Made by a program: the position numbers and the translations under genes | Part shown: piece by piece, positions 38,601 to 50,440 of the stretch | Layout of the letters: every line of letters begins with the position of its first letter | Position numbering within the stretch: the first letter of the stretch is position 1 | The notes under the pieces: model-generated | Told to the model about the DNA's origin: nothing | Databases searched by the model: none | The model's input: only the letters and a program-made list of their open reading frames with translations | From: Chiloscyllium plagiosum | Lineage: Eukaryota | Length of the DNA: 64,000 bases | Assembly (NCBI RefSeq): GCF_004010195.1 | Contig: NC_057710.1 | Location: 144,196,899 to 144,260,898 of the forward strand | Direction: 5' to 3'

Positions 38601-39340
38601 ATTTTTACATGCCATTCCTTGCCCATCACTTACTGTTCACCTCAGACAGTCGAGCTGCTTGGAAACAGAGGCTTTTCACTATACACTCTCGGCTGTTGAC
38701 CTTTGGAAGAACTCCAGAGCAATACATTGCAAGGGTCAACTTAAGCCCTCATCCAGCAGGTGACAATAGTCCACAATAATGCAGATGTCTGGACGTATCT
38801 GACAGCTTCACAACTATGGAGAACAGTACATTACAATGAGGTGATGATGGGTGATCAGTCCCCCCTCTTTGAAACTTTCTCTTGATCGGTCGTAACAAAC
38901 ATTCTTGTTTCTTTTTTCAGAAAGCAGAAGCTTACAAGAGTTAAAAGCTTTTCACTTTATGAAAAATGTGATCTATCGTTCTTAAGTCTAAAGTAGATTA
39001 TCTCATATTCGTCCAAAGTGAACTCAGAGGGATTCACATGTAGGAGTGGGGTTTCTAACAGTGCAGAATCTCCAGCTATGAGGCAGCAGATTCCACTCTG
39101 CCTGAGTCTACATCTTCCTGAGTCTACATATGCCCTGGCAGATACCTCCTCCTCCACCTGTTAAATCCAAGTGCTGGCTGGTAGAAGGCCTTTAATATAC
39201 ATTCATGGGAATTAACGAGCCTTAGCTCATGAGTGAGCAGCTACCTGATGCCTTCACTGCCAAGCATCAACTTTCTACTAAACCAGACTGATCTGTGGAA
39301 GGGATGGCACTGCCAATAGGGCTCCCCATCCTGCCTGCCC

Positions 39341-39637
39341 AGGGTGGCATGGTGGCTCAGTGGTTAGCACTACCGTCTCTCAGTGCCAGAGACCTGTGTT
39401 TGATTCAAGCCTTAGGTAACTGTGTGAGTTTGCACGTTCTCTCCATGTCTGTGTGGGCTTCCTCTGGGTGCTCCAGTTTCCTCCCACAGCCCAAATATAT
39501 GCAGGCCAAGTGGATTGGCCATGGGAAATGTGAGGTTATGGGTGGGGGTCTGCATGGGATCCTCTTTGAAGGGTTGGTGTGGAGTCAATGGGCCAAATGG
39601 CCTCATTCTGCACTGTCACACTTCTGTGATTCTAATC
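39341..39637 (+). mobile_element. V-SINE, diverged
   Basis: TGGCTCAGTGG, GAGTTTGCACGTTCTC, tail. Confidence 0.85.
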
Positions 39638-40188
39638 CTTGAGATGTGTGTAAAGTTCTGACTGAAATTAGAGCCAGCTTATTGAGGAAATGCTCGCTTG
39701 CACAATTATGTTTCCCTGAACATGTTGTCTGCCCTTTCTAAGCTCTCTCCCAGTTTTCCCATCTTAATGAAACAACATTTACCCAAATGAGGACAAGAAG
39801 TTGTGAGGGCAATTGCATAGAGAAGCAGTTTGGCAATGTCTTTTCCATTAATTTATGCAAAGTCATGCCAAGTCGAGAGAGAAGCATTGATGGTGCTCAG
39901 GATAAGGTGAGCAGATGGGCTGAATGTCCATAAATGTTGATAAATTTGAGGAAGGTCTAACTTTGGTGCTCTGGTTATTACATTATGGCATGCAGTCACA
40001 TTCTGGCAAAACTGCTAATGGCATAAATATGGTGTGCCTTCACTTATTATTCAGACTATTCACTAACCTTGGAAAAGGACCTCCATTCTGTTGTTTAAGG
40101 GGCAGTAGAACCTCAGTGGCAACATGAAAAATTTCAGCCTTTTCCGCACTGTCTTAGGTTCACCACAGCTACATTCCAGCATTTGGTC

Positions 40189-40221
40189 TCTCTCATTCTC
40201 TCTCTCTCTCTCTCTCTCTCT
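40189..40221. repeat. (CT)n microsatellite
   Basis: Directly visible. Confidence 0.9.
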
Positions 40222-40242
40222 ACCCCATCATTTCCTCTTGGC

Positions 40243-40385
40243 TAAAATAAACCAAAGAACTGTGGGTGCTGAAAACATGAAACAAAAACAGAAATTGCTG
40301 GAGAAATTCAGCAGGTCTCTGGCAACATATATGAGGGTAGAAAGCACAGTTAACATGTCAGGTCCAGCAATCCTCCTTCAGAACC
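40243..40385 (-). mobile_element. PLE terminal fragment
   Basis: TGCTGGAGAAATTCAGCAGGTC..GGCA, homologous to 48960-48995 and 53210-53235. Confidence 0.65.
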
Positions 40386-40878
40386 CCGTTCTAAGATTTG
40401 TTTTGTTAACTCTTGTGAATATCTGTTTTTGTTAACTCCTTTGACCACCTCAAGCATTTCAATTGGTTCACTTTTGTTTATTATTCAAGGGGATAAAAAC
40501 ATTGCCTTTGCCAATTATCCTCCTAAATTAACCCTTCCTGGCCCTTGTATTATTGTTGTGAATCTATGCTGTAGCCCCTGTGATGCCAACATATCCTCGC
40601 TGAAGTATGAATTCACGATTGAATCTAATATTCTCAATAGAGACTAATCAACCTCTGAATGGATAAAGCAGAACATTTACCACTTGTAACCTAGCCCTCT
40701 TTAAATAAAGACCAATGTACAATTGCTTATTCACATTTAGTTAACTATCTGTTGAGTAGTGTTTACTAGTTTCTGTCCTTGGAGTCCTAAATCTGTCTGC
40801 GCCTCTAAAATTTCCAACTTTTCGCTTTTAGAAAAATGTGATCTATCATTCTTCAGTCGATTATCCCAAGTTTGTTTT

Positions 40879-41167
40879 TTAGATTAGATTCCCTACAGTG
40901 TGGAAACAGGCCCTTCAGCCCAACCAACCCTCCGAAGAGTAACCCACCCAGACTCATTTTCCTCTAACGCACGTACCCTATGGGCAATTTAGCATGGCTA
41001 ATTCCCCTAACCTGCACATCTTTGGATTGTGGGAGGAAACCAGAGCAAACCCACACAGACACGGGGAGAATGTGCAAACTCCACACAGACAGTTGCTCGA
41101 GGCTGGAATCAAACCTGGGACCCTGGTACTGTGAGGCAACAGTGCTAACCACTGAGACACCGTGCCA
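40879..41167 (-). mobile_element. V-SINE
   Basis: A/B boxes, V-domain, tail. Confidence 0.9.
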
Positions 41168-42675
41168 CCTGCTGAACTTCCAAACTGGACTCCTTCTGCC
41201 TTAATTTGCCTAAATCCCCTTTGCAACTTCAAGCTTCTATGCAACGACCACTTGCAAAACCTAAGATCAAGTTTTTTACATAATAAGTAGATTTTCCACC
41301 TGTTCTTCCCCATTCACTCCATATCTGGGTTGGAGAAGACCTCAAGTCCCTATTCCTGACAATATTAGACACTTGAAGTTTTCTAATAGTGTGGGAATTA
41401 TCAACTCCTTTAGCTTTTCTCCTAATGAGGAGAGGGCACAACAACTTCACGATTTGATAGTTGCTACTTCTTTCTCAAAAGTAATAACATAAATTGAAGA
41501 GTTCATAGTGAAGCTCCTGCATTTGCTGAACCACAAACCTGACATGGCAGCCAACAAAATCCCGAATGAAAGATGATAACAATCCTTGAAATGTATTTCA
41601 GTGCAGTGCATCTAAAGCTGAGGAATGTTTGATTTCAGTCTCCATGTGTTCTCCCCTTCCTCTCCAACAACACCGCTCCCCCAACTCAGGAGCAGTTCAC
41701 ATTTTGCTGAAAACATTTGTCGACTCAATTGAAAAATGGAGCTTTTTCTAAATTCACTGTTAGTGTGCTGGCTTAATGGGACGCTATTTGCTAATGGCAA
41801 AGTAATCTGAGAGACCGCATGCACAGATATTTGAAGCAGCCAGCTGTATATTTGAATGCTGTAATAACTCAGGAAGCCCGACAGAAAAGCAACAGCATTT
41901 AATGTTGAACAGCAAAATAGAACTACTACTCATGGCATGCGTAAGCTATTCCCAGCCTGAGACACACAATTATCTACTTTATACAGGGCTCAGGTGATGG
42001 ATTCCAGATGGGCAGGCCATTGCCTATTGCCAAGGGAAATCATACTCAACGATCTCCAAAGAGAGAATAATTTTAAACGATACCGGTCATTTCCCATGAG
42101 TCTTGGAGAGGGTTATCGTATCCCTCTCCCTCCAAGTCTGAGGTCTTTCCCTTTCTACTGTGATGATGGAGCCTCCTGCATTGATTTGCTTGTGGCCCCA
42201 TTCCAGTCGCTTTCCACGTCAGGTTGAGAGGCATAGAACAAGTAGGCCAATGTCTCTGCTGCGAAGACCCTTGAAGAGTCACAATAGACCCACTGCAGCG
42301 GGGTTATTGTTGGTAGTGACCTCCGACTCAGTTTTCGCTGCTTCTGCCTCCATCTCGGAGTCACAGTCCTTGTGGCCCTTAGGACTAGATCTTGAGTTTA
42401 TAGTGGATGGAGTTTCCCATTTGCAAGTTGGAGTGAAGGCTACTGATGGTGGTGTGTGTGTGTCACACCAATTGCCTCTGGGAGGCTACCCACCAACAGC
42501 AGTGGTCAACGTGTTTGTTGTAGTCTTCCCCCGAGTTTTACCATGTCTGATAGCGGTCCTATTTTTATTTTTAAGGATGGCTCCAGAATCATGGCGAGCC
42601 ATCACTGAAATTCCTGACATGGATCATATCTCCTGGTCTATGCCAATCATGGCCCCTTCTTTGGGCTTCTTGTTT

Positions 42676-43010
42676 TCATTCAATCTTGCCATCAAAGTTT
42701 GGTAAAGTCAGACTAAGCCTCGTCTGAAGATAACGGCTGATCAATAGTCCCGCCAGGGCTGCTCCAATCGTCATATGTGGTGTTGTCAAAAAGTTGATAA
42801 GAAAATGTGCAAGCTTCATTTCTAAAGAACCTGTAATTTCCTTTCTCAGGTTGCTTTTTAAAACCTGGATTGCCCATTCAGCCAGACCATTTGATGACGG
42901 GTGATAGGGTATTGTGTGGATGTGTCTACATGAAGGTCTGAAACTCCCCACTGGTAAATGGGGTCCTGTTGTCTGTTACAAGGACCTTGGGTATGCCTTA
43001 CATATTAAAG
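42676..43010 (-). pseudogene. Gypsy integrase core remnant
   Basis: GIPKVLVTDN...HTIPYHPSSNGLAEWAIQ...TTPH...LQTRLSL. Confidence 0.88.
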
Positions 43011-43075
43011 GATTTGTCAAGTTTTTTTCTAAAGGCTTTTCACCAACAATAAATACAGTATCTCCAGGCTTTTTT

Positions 43076-43487
43076 TAAGATTAGATTCCCTTCAGTGTGG
43101 TAACAGGCCCTTCGGCCCAACAAGTCCACAACAACCATCCGAAGAGCAACCCACCCAGACCCATTCCCCTACATTTACCCCTGACAAATGCACCTAACAC
43201 TGGGCAATTTTAGCATGGCCAATTTTCATTCAATCTTGCCATCAAAGTTTGGTAAAGTCAGACTAAGCCTCGTCTGAAGATAACGGCTGATCAATAGTCC
43301 CGCCAGGGCTGCTCCAATCTGCACATCTTTGGGCTGTGGGAGGAAACTGGGGCACCCAGAGGAAATCCTTGCAGATACGGAGAGAATGCGCAAACTCCAC
43401 GCAGACAGTTACCCAAGGCAGGGATTTGAACCTGGGTCCCTGGTGCTGTGAGGCAGCAGTCCTAACCACTGAGCCACCATGCTGCCC
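43076..43487 (-). mobile_element. V-SINE carrying a 97 bp copy of the neighbouring integrase
   Basis: SINE motifs on both sides of 43223-43319, which is identical to 42673-42769. Confidence 0.88.
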
Positions 43488-45343
43488 CAAAGGTCTAGGG
43501 GGTGGAAACCTACCTGAAATTTTATCTTAGTTGAGACCACTTTGGGAGCAGCAATGAAAACTTAGCTGCATCAATTCCTCATCCTCAGGCTGATTTATTT
43601 GCCTTGAAGTGACATGACCCTTTCTACCTGGACTGTATGCATTTCACCTTGTTTCACTAGCCTTGTGTGAGGTGAGCTCCATGACCATAAGTGCGTTATG
43701 GATGTTCTTGCTCCTGACTGTATTGAGGAGATTCTACCTATCCAGTTCTGAAAACTTGCAACCTCTGACTCCAATCGCCCTTCCTTGGCAACAAACAAGA
43801 GCCATGAATTTTACCCGCTGAGGACTCGGCGCTGCAGTTAGAGGGTTGACCAAGGATGGCTACAATCTATGGACTGCTGAAGATCACGAGCCCTCTTTAC
43901 CTGCATCTTTCACTGGAAAGGGCCAGTTCTGTGGTTTTCTTGAGATCCAGATCTGGTTCAGTCAGTAGTTTTCTTTGAGTCTCAATATTGTTAACTCCAC
44001 AAACTAAGTGATCCCATAACATTTCCTGAAGTGTTGGCTCATACTCACAGTTCCTGCAGTCTCATCAAGAATTCAGTAACTCATTCCTCAGTAACTCATT
44101 GCTGTGTTAAACCTGTAATGCTGCTCTATAACTGATGGTTTGGGGCCATGGTGGTCCATGACCATTACTATTACATTTGGACTCTGGGGCTGCTGGGTTG
44201 GTTAAACTCTTTATAATGCTTAAGGTCTATGACCCACAAGTGACCAGGAGAATGACTTTTTGCCAATGATCTTTTCTATCCCATTTGTCCTGTAAATATA
44301 TTTAATTCTTTCAGTGTATTGGGGTTAATCCTTCACACCCACCTCCTAAGGTTTCAGCAGCATTGTCAATATTTTCCATCACAATCTCAAACCAGACTCA
44401 CTAAAAGACACAAAATTTTTCTTTACTCTCATCACCAATGTAATAAGTCGGGCAATCAGACTGGAAAGGAACATTTTTTATTATTCAAACACAAAATAGA
44501 GTCATTAATCATGGCATCCAGCCTTGGACAGACAGACCCATCCCTGGGTCTGCTCTATAAAGGGTTCCGGTGATGAGTTCCAGTTGGGCAAGCCATTGTC
44601 TGTTACCATGGGAGCTCATACTCAATTGCTTCAGGGACTCCCCATGGACCTTGTACAGGTTATCACAAATACCATGCTTGTTGTCACCCCTCTGTTATCC
44701 ATTTCGTCAGGGAGCTACTTATACAAGGCAGGGCATGAAGTCTTTCAAAATTGAGCAAGTCCACGTTACATGCAGCAAAAGAGCAATACTTTAAGAAAGT
44801 ATTGAATGGAGGAAAGACACTTGTCTCATTAGTGTTTGCTCATTTTCACTGACATTAAATGATTTAATTATAATGGAATCTTCCTTGTTTAATTGTAAAA
44901 CCTCAGAAGAAGATAAATTTTCTCCTTGGTCCCTATCCCAAACAAGTAAAAACCTTTATTTGGCCATTATTGTTGTAGCCAGTTATTTTTCATCAAATCA
45001 GCTTAAATATAGATATCGCCAAATTTTGAAGATGTCTTAGATAGTAGTGTATCAATTGGCCAGATACTTTACAAATTACTCAATATCCAGCAGGAAGTTA
45101 TTCTTCCCCTCCTGCTTAAACTGGCTCACTCAGAGCGCTATCCAGTTCGTTCCCCTCCCCTGCTCTTTCCACGGTGCTGCATTTTCTTTTTAAGTGGATA
45201 TTAAATTCCCTTTCCACAACTGCTTTTAAACCAGTTTCGACTAGCCTTTAAAAGGGTACATTTTAGATCACACCTACTCACTGAGTTAAAAAAAATCATC
45301 TTCACACTGACTTTCTGCCAAGTGGCTCGAAACTGTCTCTTCT

Positions 45344-45632
45344 TAGAATACTTAGAGGCAAGGCACTCTAACCAGAACTCTATCAATAAACACATCAATT
45401 TAAATCCCATCCACCACTTCTTGAAGAAAAACCGTAAATGACATCACCCACCTTAAGAAACCAAGATCTATAAATAGAGGGGTGGGACATACCACCAGCG
45501 CTTTACCGGAGACTCTCACTGATGATGTCACCTAGTGTGGTGACGAAACATCTGAAAACAAATCTTCCAACTCAGCGAGCTAATTTACATACTAATCATC
45601 AACTTGGGCTCCAAATTTTCTCAAAAATTGCT
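45344..45632 (+). mobile_element. PLE 3' end (second family), 13 bp TSD
   Basis: EYLEARHSNQNSINKHI; TSD AACTGTCTCTTCT at 45331-45343 and 45633-45645. Confidence 0.85.
45516..45555 (+). ncRNA. Minimal hammerhead ribozyme motif
   Basis: TCA-CTGATGA-T-GTCACC-TAGTGT-GGTGAC-GAAA-CA-TC-TGA. Confidence 0.72.
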
Positions 45633-46275
45633 AACTGTCTCTTCTGGTTACAGACCCATTTGGAAATAGTTTTGTCCTACCTATTCTAACAAAGGTTGTC
45701 TTATACAATTTAATGAAACAAAATACTACGCCGCAGAACACAACTCTACTGGCGGTTAGATAGTTTATCATGTGGAAGGGGAGCAAGGACTATGTGAGTG
45801 GGCATGAATGTGACATTACGTCGAAGAGCAGCCATGTTTCAGATTGAAGAGTTGAGCAGACTGTATAAGCGATTCCAGCTCCTTTTTCTTTTGCACCCTC
45901 CAGTTCTTCAGTGACTTGAATTTGACATGAAGCTGCTGCTCACTCAGCCGACACATTGTGCAAGACCCAGAAGAGAGACAGCAGAAATGTCCATCAGAAC
46001 AAAGCAACAAAATTTCCGTCTCTCCCAGTCAGCACGTCCTGCGTAGATCATGGAAAGTAAAATAAATGTAATTGTTTTGAAATGTGAAACATTCAGAACC
46101 CAAATATCTGACTGTTCTTCATCGGGCACTAAGATTCCCCTCAGTGTCAACCTCCTTCCAGTTTTTACCTTCCAAGTGACCAACATGTGAGCTCCATTAA
46201 AAAACCTAATGGGCTTCCTCCAGCCACAAATTAATTCTCTTGCAATCCACAGCATGCGCATCTACCACGCAAGTT

Positions 46276-46760
46276 CATAGACTCATAGAGAAAAACAACA
46301 CAGAAACAGACTGTTTGGTTCAATGTGCCCATGCCAACAAAATATCCTAAATTATTCTAGTCCCATTTGTCAGCACTTGAGCCATATCCCTCTAAACCCT
46401 GCCTGTTCATATACCCATCCAGATGCCATTTAAATATTACAATTGTACTGGTCTCCATCACTTCTTTTGGCAGCTCATTCTAATCATGTACTGCACTCAA
46501 CATGAAAAAGTTGCTCCTTAGAGCCCTTTTAAATCTTTCCACTCTCACCTTATACCTATGCCCTCTAGTTATGGATACCCCAACCCCAGAGAAAAAAAAC
46601 TTGTCTATTTACCCTCTCCATGCCCCTCATGATTGTATAAACCTCTATAATGTCACCTCTCAGCCTCTGATGTTCCAGGGAAAAACAGCTCCCCAACCTT
46701 GGCAACATCCTTGTAAATCTATTCTGAACCCTTGCAAGTTTCACAACACCCTTCTTATAT
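46276..46760 (-). mobile_element. CR1 3' part
   Basis: VVKLARVQNRFTRMLP...RLRGDIIEVYTIMRG; TCTATGA-type tail. Confidence 0.88.
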
Positions 46761-48448
46761 TGATGGCTTGTTTTTTTTAATTTCCATAACAAAAGAGGTG
46801 TAGTGGAAGAGAAAACAGTAGGTGTCTTGTAAGGTATCATTATAAACTCTGTTGGATTATGTAACAATTTATCTCCCACATGACTCAAAGGGAACTTTTT
46901 TTGGTTTTTATACAATCATAATGAGTTCCACCAATATATTTTTAACAATGAAACTAAATTACATGTAGGAGAAAAGAATAGAAGGATATATTAATAGAGT
47001 GACTTAGGATCAGGAGGGAGGAAGTCATGTGGAGTATAAACAGTGGCATTCATCCATTGGATTGAAAGACCTATTTTGTAAATTCTACGCAATTTTAATA
47101 ATAAACTCATCAATGTGTTATCAGAAAAGTAACAAGGCAAATAAAGGCCTGGAACTTTCTATTGTAGTTAATACACTAAACAATTGGCTTCTTGCTCATG
47201 CCTTGAATGATGCCTTTTGTTCTGGCATGCATCAATTTCTGATACGTTTTCTTAGCCAACACTGCCAACAGAAAGCAACACATGAAGGCTGCGGTGTCAG
47301 GGACTCGGATGAATGAAGTCGGGCTAAGGGATGATTGTATTGCTGGTTTTTCCAACGTCTAGATCCTTTATGCTTTGCCTGTGCTTTTAGAAGTTTGTTC
47401 ACACAACATTTAGACAAGGATGTGCACTAAAGATGGACCCCAAATGCAGACAAGCACTCAATTTGAAGGAAGTAGCCTTGAAGTCTTTGTTACAGTAACT
47501 TTGTAAATTTGTGAGGGCTGATATCGATGATTTAGCACCAGTACACAACAAGTATACTCCTTTATGACATTTACAGTTTCTTGCACTCACCCACTCAGGC
47601 ATATCTTTTACAGCAGCAAAATGTTCAAAAATATTTGGCTTTGTACTGTGATGTAGATTTCCTTACTAACACCACAGAAGCATAGATTCCCTTTCTTATT
47701 TTTGAAAGCTATCCATCAAACTGAGAGCAACTCTCTTCCATACAGGCAAGGCACAACGATATTTGGGCACTGGAAGTGCATCGGTACAGCTCAGCCTACT
47801 TCAACTGTGCACCTTACAATGTAGCAATCATACCTTTACATCTCTTTCCAACATTTTAAAATCTATTCATTGCTAATAGAGCCTAGTCGGAGTCTCTTCT
47901 CCAAAGCATTTAGTGCAGTTTCATTCTTGACTTTGATCTCTTTGTCTCCCACTTCTGTCCAAATCCAGCCATTGATTTTATCAACTGCATAAAAATCATT
48001 TTCCTGCCCAGATCTCCAGTTTTCTAACATTGTCTTTCTTGTGTCCGGTCAAAATTTTTGAAATTTCCAGATAGCCCAATCAAAGTGGACTGTCAACTAA
48101 AAGGAAGGCTAGAAGAATTCCTGAATCTCCTGGATTACGTATCCCAGGCATAGCCATTCAACTCCTTCTTGTGTCATTTTTAATTGCTAGAACTAAAAGG
48201 TGAGGCACAAATATCAGAATTTGGTTTTAGATTGGCTCTCAATGATCTTTACTGAGTAAGTATACAAGAAACAAAATGTATTTATAGTGTTCAGATACTA
48301 TCACCTGCTGTTGGTGAAGGATGTCCTGTAATAAGGAGACAATGACCAGCAAACGTTTCTTCCTGCATCAGTCTATGGATCAGCTGTCTCCTTTCTTCTG
48401 ATCGAAAGATAGACTAAAGCTGACAGATTTTATACCTTTCTTTCCTGC

Positions 48449-48805
48449 AGGGGAAAGTGACGATTGCAGATGCTGGAAATCAGAGTTGAGAGAGTGGTGC
48501 TGGAAAAGCACAGCCAGTCAGGCAGCATCCGAGGAGCAGGAGAATCGACGTTTCAGGCATAAGCCCTTCATCAGGAATGAGGCTTGTGGGCTGGGGAGGC
48601 TGAGAGATGAATGGGAGGGGAGGATGGGCTTGGGGGCGGAAAGGTAGCTGGGAATGTGACAGCTAGATGAAGGTGGGGTGGAAAAGTGATAGGTCGGTGA
48701 GGAGGCTGGAACCGATAGTTGGGAAGGAAGATGGACGGGTCAAGAGGGCAGTGTCAAGTTGGAGGCTTGGGACTGGGATAAGGTGGGGAGAGGGGAAATG
48801 AGGAG
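48449..48805 (-). mobile_element. PLE 3' end (family of 10407) with hammerhead motif at 48547-48574
   Basis: Reverse strand reads CTGATGAAGGGCTTATGCCTGAAACGTC, with a pyrimidine-rich UTR. Confidence 0.88.
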
Positions 48806-48915
48806 TCTTATCTTTTCACATGGACACAATTTTGAGTGATTACATTGATCTAACGAGTGGGCAGATGACTTCATTCATTATAGCTGCAATTCACAGTGAT
48901 CTAATTAATTCAGTA

Positions 48916-49146
48916 TAAAAGCAAATTACTGCGGATGCTGGAATTTGAAGCCAAAAGAGAAAATGCTGGAAAATCTCAGCAGGTCTGGCAGCATTTGTAA
49001 GGAGAGAAAAGAGCTGACGTTTCGAGTCTAACTGACCCTTTGTTAAAGCTTTGACAAAGGGTCAGTTAGACTCGAAACATCAGCTCTTTTCTCTCCTTAC
49101 AGATGCTGCCAGACCTGCTGAGATTTTCCAGCATTTTCTCTTTTGG
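48916..49146. mobile_element. PLE-derived foldback mini-element
   Basis: 98 bp arms (48951-49048 / 49049-49146), 14 bp TSD TAATTAATTCAGTA. Confidence 0.9.
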
Positions 49147-49279
49147 TAATTAATTCAGTACTTTAGCAACTTATTCCCTGGTGTTTATTTTTAGATAAAA
49201 TTGCTTATTTAATAAAGTATGCCACAGTTATTGCTGACATTGTACCAACACCAGTGCTTGGTAATTCCTGAAAAAAACA

Positions 49280-49900
49280 CACACTTTGACCTTTCATCTT
49301 ACACTAATCGGAACATTCACAAGAATACTGAGGTAAAGAGGAACAATATTTTACACTGTCTGAGGAGAGCGTGCTCATTGTTTGATAAGCAGACTTTGAT
49401 TTGTAGAGGCATTGTCATGGGCAATGCACCAAGTAAAAGGATTTACTGACATTGTTAACTACCATTTTTGCTTAAATTGAAACCAGGTTGCTTGGCTCTG
49501 CTTGTTCATGGCACTGCCCTGCAGAATGAACCAGAGAATGAATGTGTCCTATTTCATTCAGTTGAACAGAGGCAATGAGTGTATAGTATGCATTCCTTCT
49601 TGTTGGCAAAGAGTGGGTTCAGTGGATTACCAATCTGAAGCACACTTGGGATTATTAATGGTGTCCCGATCACATATAATGTTGTACACTATGCTTTGAG
49701 TTTCACAAGAATGGGCTCGTGGGAATGAACAATATCTTCCCTGCTATAAACAGCAGAAGGAACATACCATTTGGTATGATTTAGGAAACAGAGCCTACAT
49801 ACATAGCATCACACCAGCACTGAAACTCATCTACCACATTATACATTTGTGTGATAGGCAGACTAATTTTTGGTTTGTCAGTCGCATCCTGTTTGTGGTA
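49280..49900 (-). mobile_element. Old PLE fragment (further family)
   Basis: NVVDEFQCWCDAMYVG resembles a GIY-YIG motif; UTR with a highly decayed hammerhead-like end near 49290-49312. Confidence 0.5.
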
Positions 49901-50159
49901 AATGCTACTCATGTTGCACCTACAAAATAGTAGCATGAAATAATATTTAATAATGCTACATGCTATATGCTGTTTTATTTCTGGCTCCAGAATGATGGTG
50001 CGTAGTTTAGCAAAGCCATTTATTAAACATGTCAAAGTTCCTTCTACAGTTTGATGACGTGAGCTAAATTATTCCTAGGTTTACATATTTCATAAATATC
50101 CATTGAATATGCAATGGTCTCCTACAACAGTGCCCTTCAAAACCACAGGGAGTCTCAAA

Positions 50160-50440
50160 GATATTGTTATGCAGGGAAACATAGCAACCAATTTGACCCA
50201 CAGCAATCTTCAACAAATGACAATGACAATGATCAGATTATCTGCTTTTAGGGTGGTGACTGAGGGGTAAATATTGGTAAAAAATGTAATTCCCCTACTC
50301 TTATTCAAAACAGTGCTAACTGAAGTTTTCCAACCAACTGAAAGGGCACATAGAGCCTCAGTTTCAGATTGCAACAAAAAGACGGTACCTCTGACAGTGC
50401 AGTATTTCCTCAATATTGCATTGGAATGACAATTTGATTT
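50160..50440 (-). mobile_element. Deu-domain SINE relic
   Basis: GATCAGATTATCTG..TGAGGGGTAAATATTGG..AAGACGGTACCTCTGACAGTGCAG; homologous to 4305-4510. Confidence 0.65.

Larger units (their letters stand above)
41860..44667 (-). mobile_element. Internally deleted Gypsy LTR retrotransposon
   Basis: LTRs 41860-42120 and 44439-44667; PPT 42121-42130; PBS-like TGGTGATGAG at about 44428-44437; gag EMLWDHLVCGVNNIETQRKLLTE; integrase VTDNRTPFTSGEF and PYHPSSNGLAE; flanks AATGC / AATAC. Confidence 0.88.

Noticed and set aside
42160-42705. 181 aa plus-strand ORF
   Set aside because: Antisense to the Gypsy integrase C-terminal region; no recognisable domain.
12128-43530. Recurring short ORFs such as MVAQWLALLPHS and DCGRKPEHPEETHADTGRMCKLHTDS
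   Set aside because: They are translations of non-coding V-SINE copies, not a gene family.
45880-46060. Acceptor-like tract followed by a short ORF of about 40 codons
   Set aside because: Weak donor, no recognisable peptide, chance-level signal.
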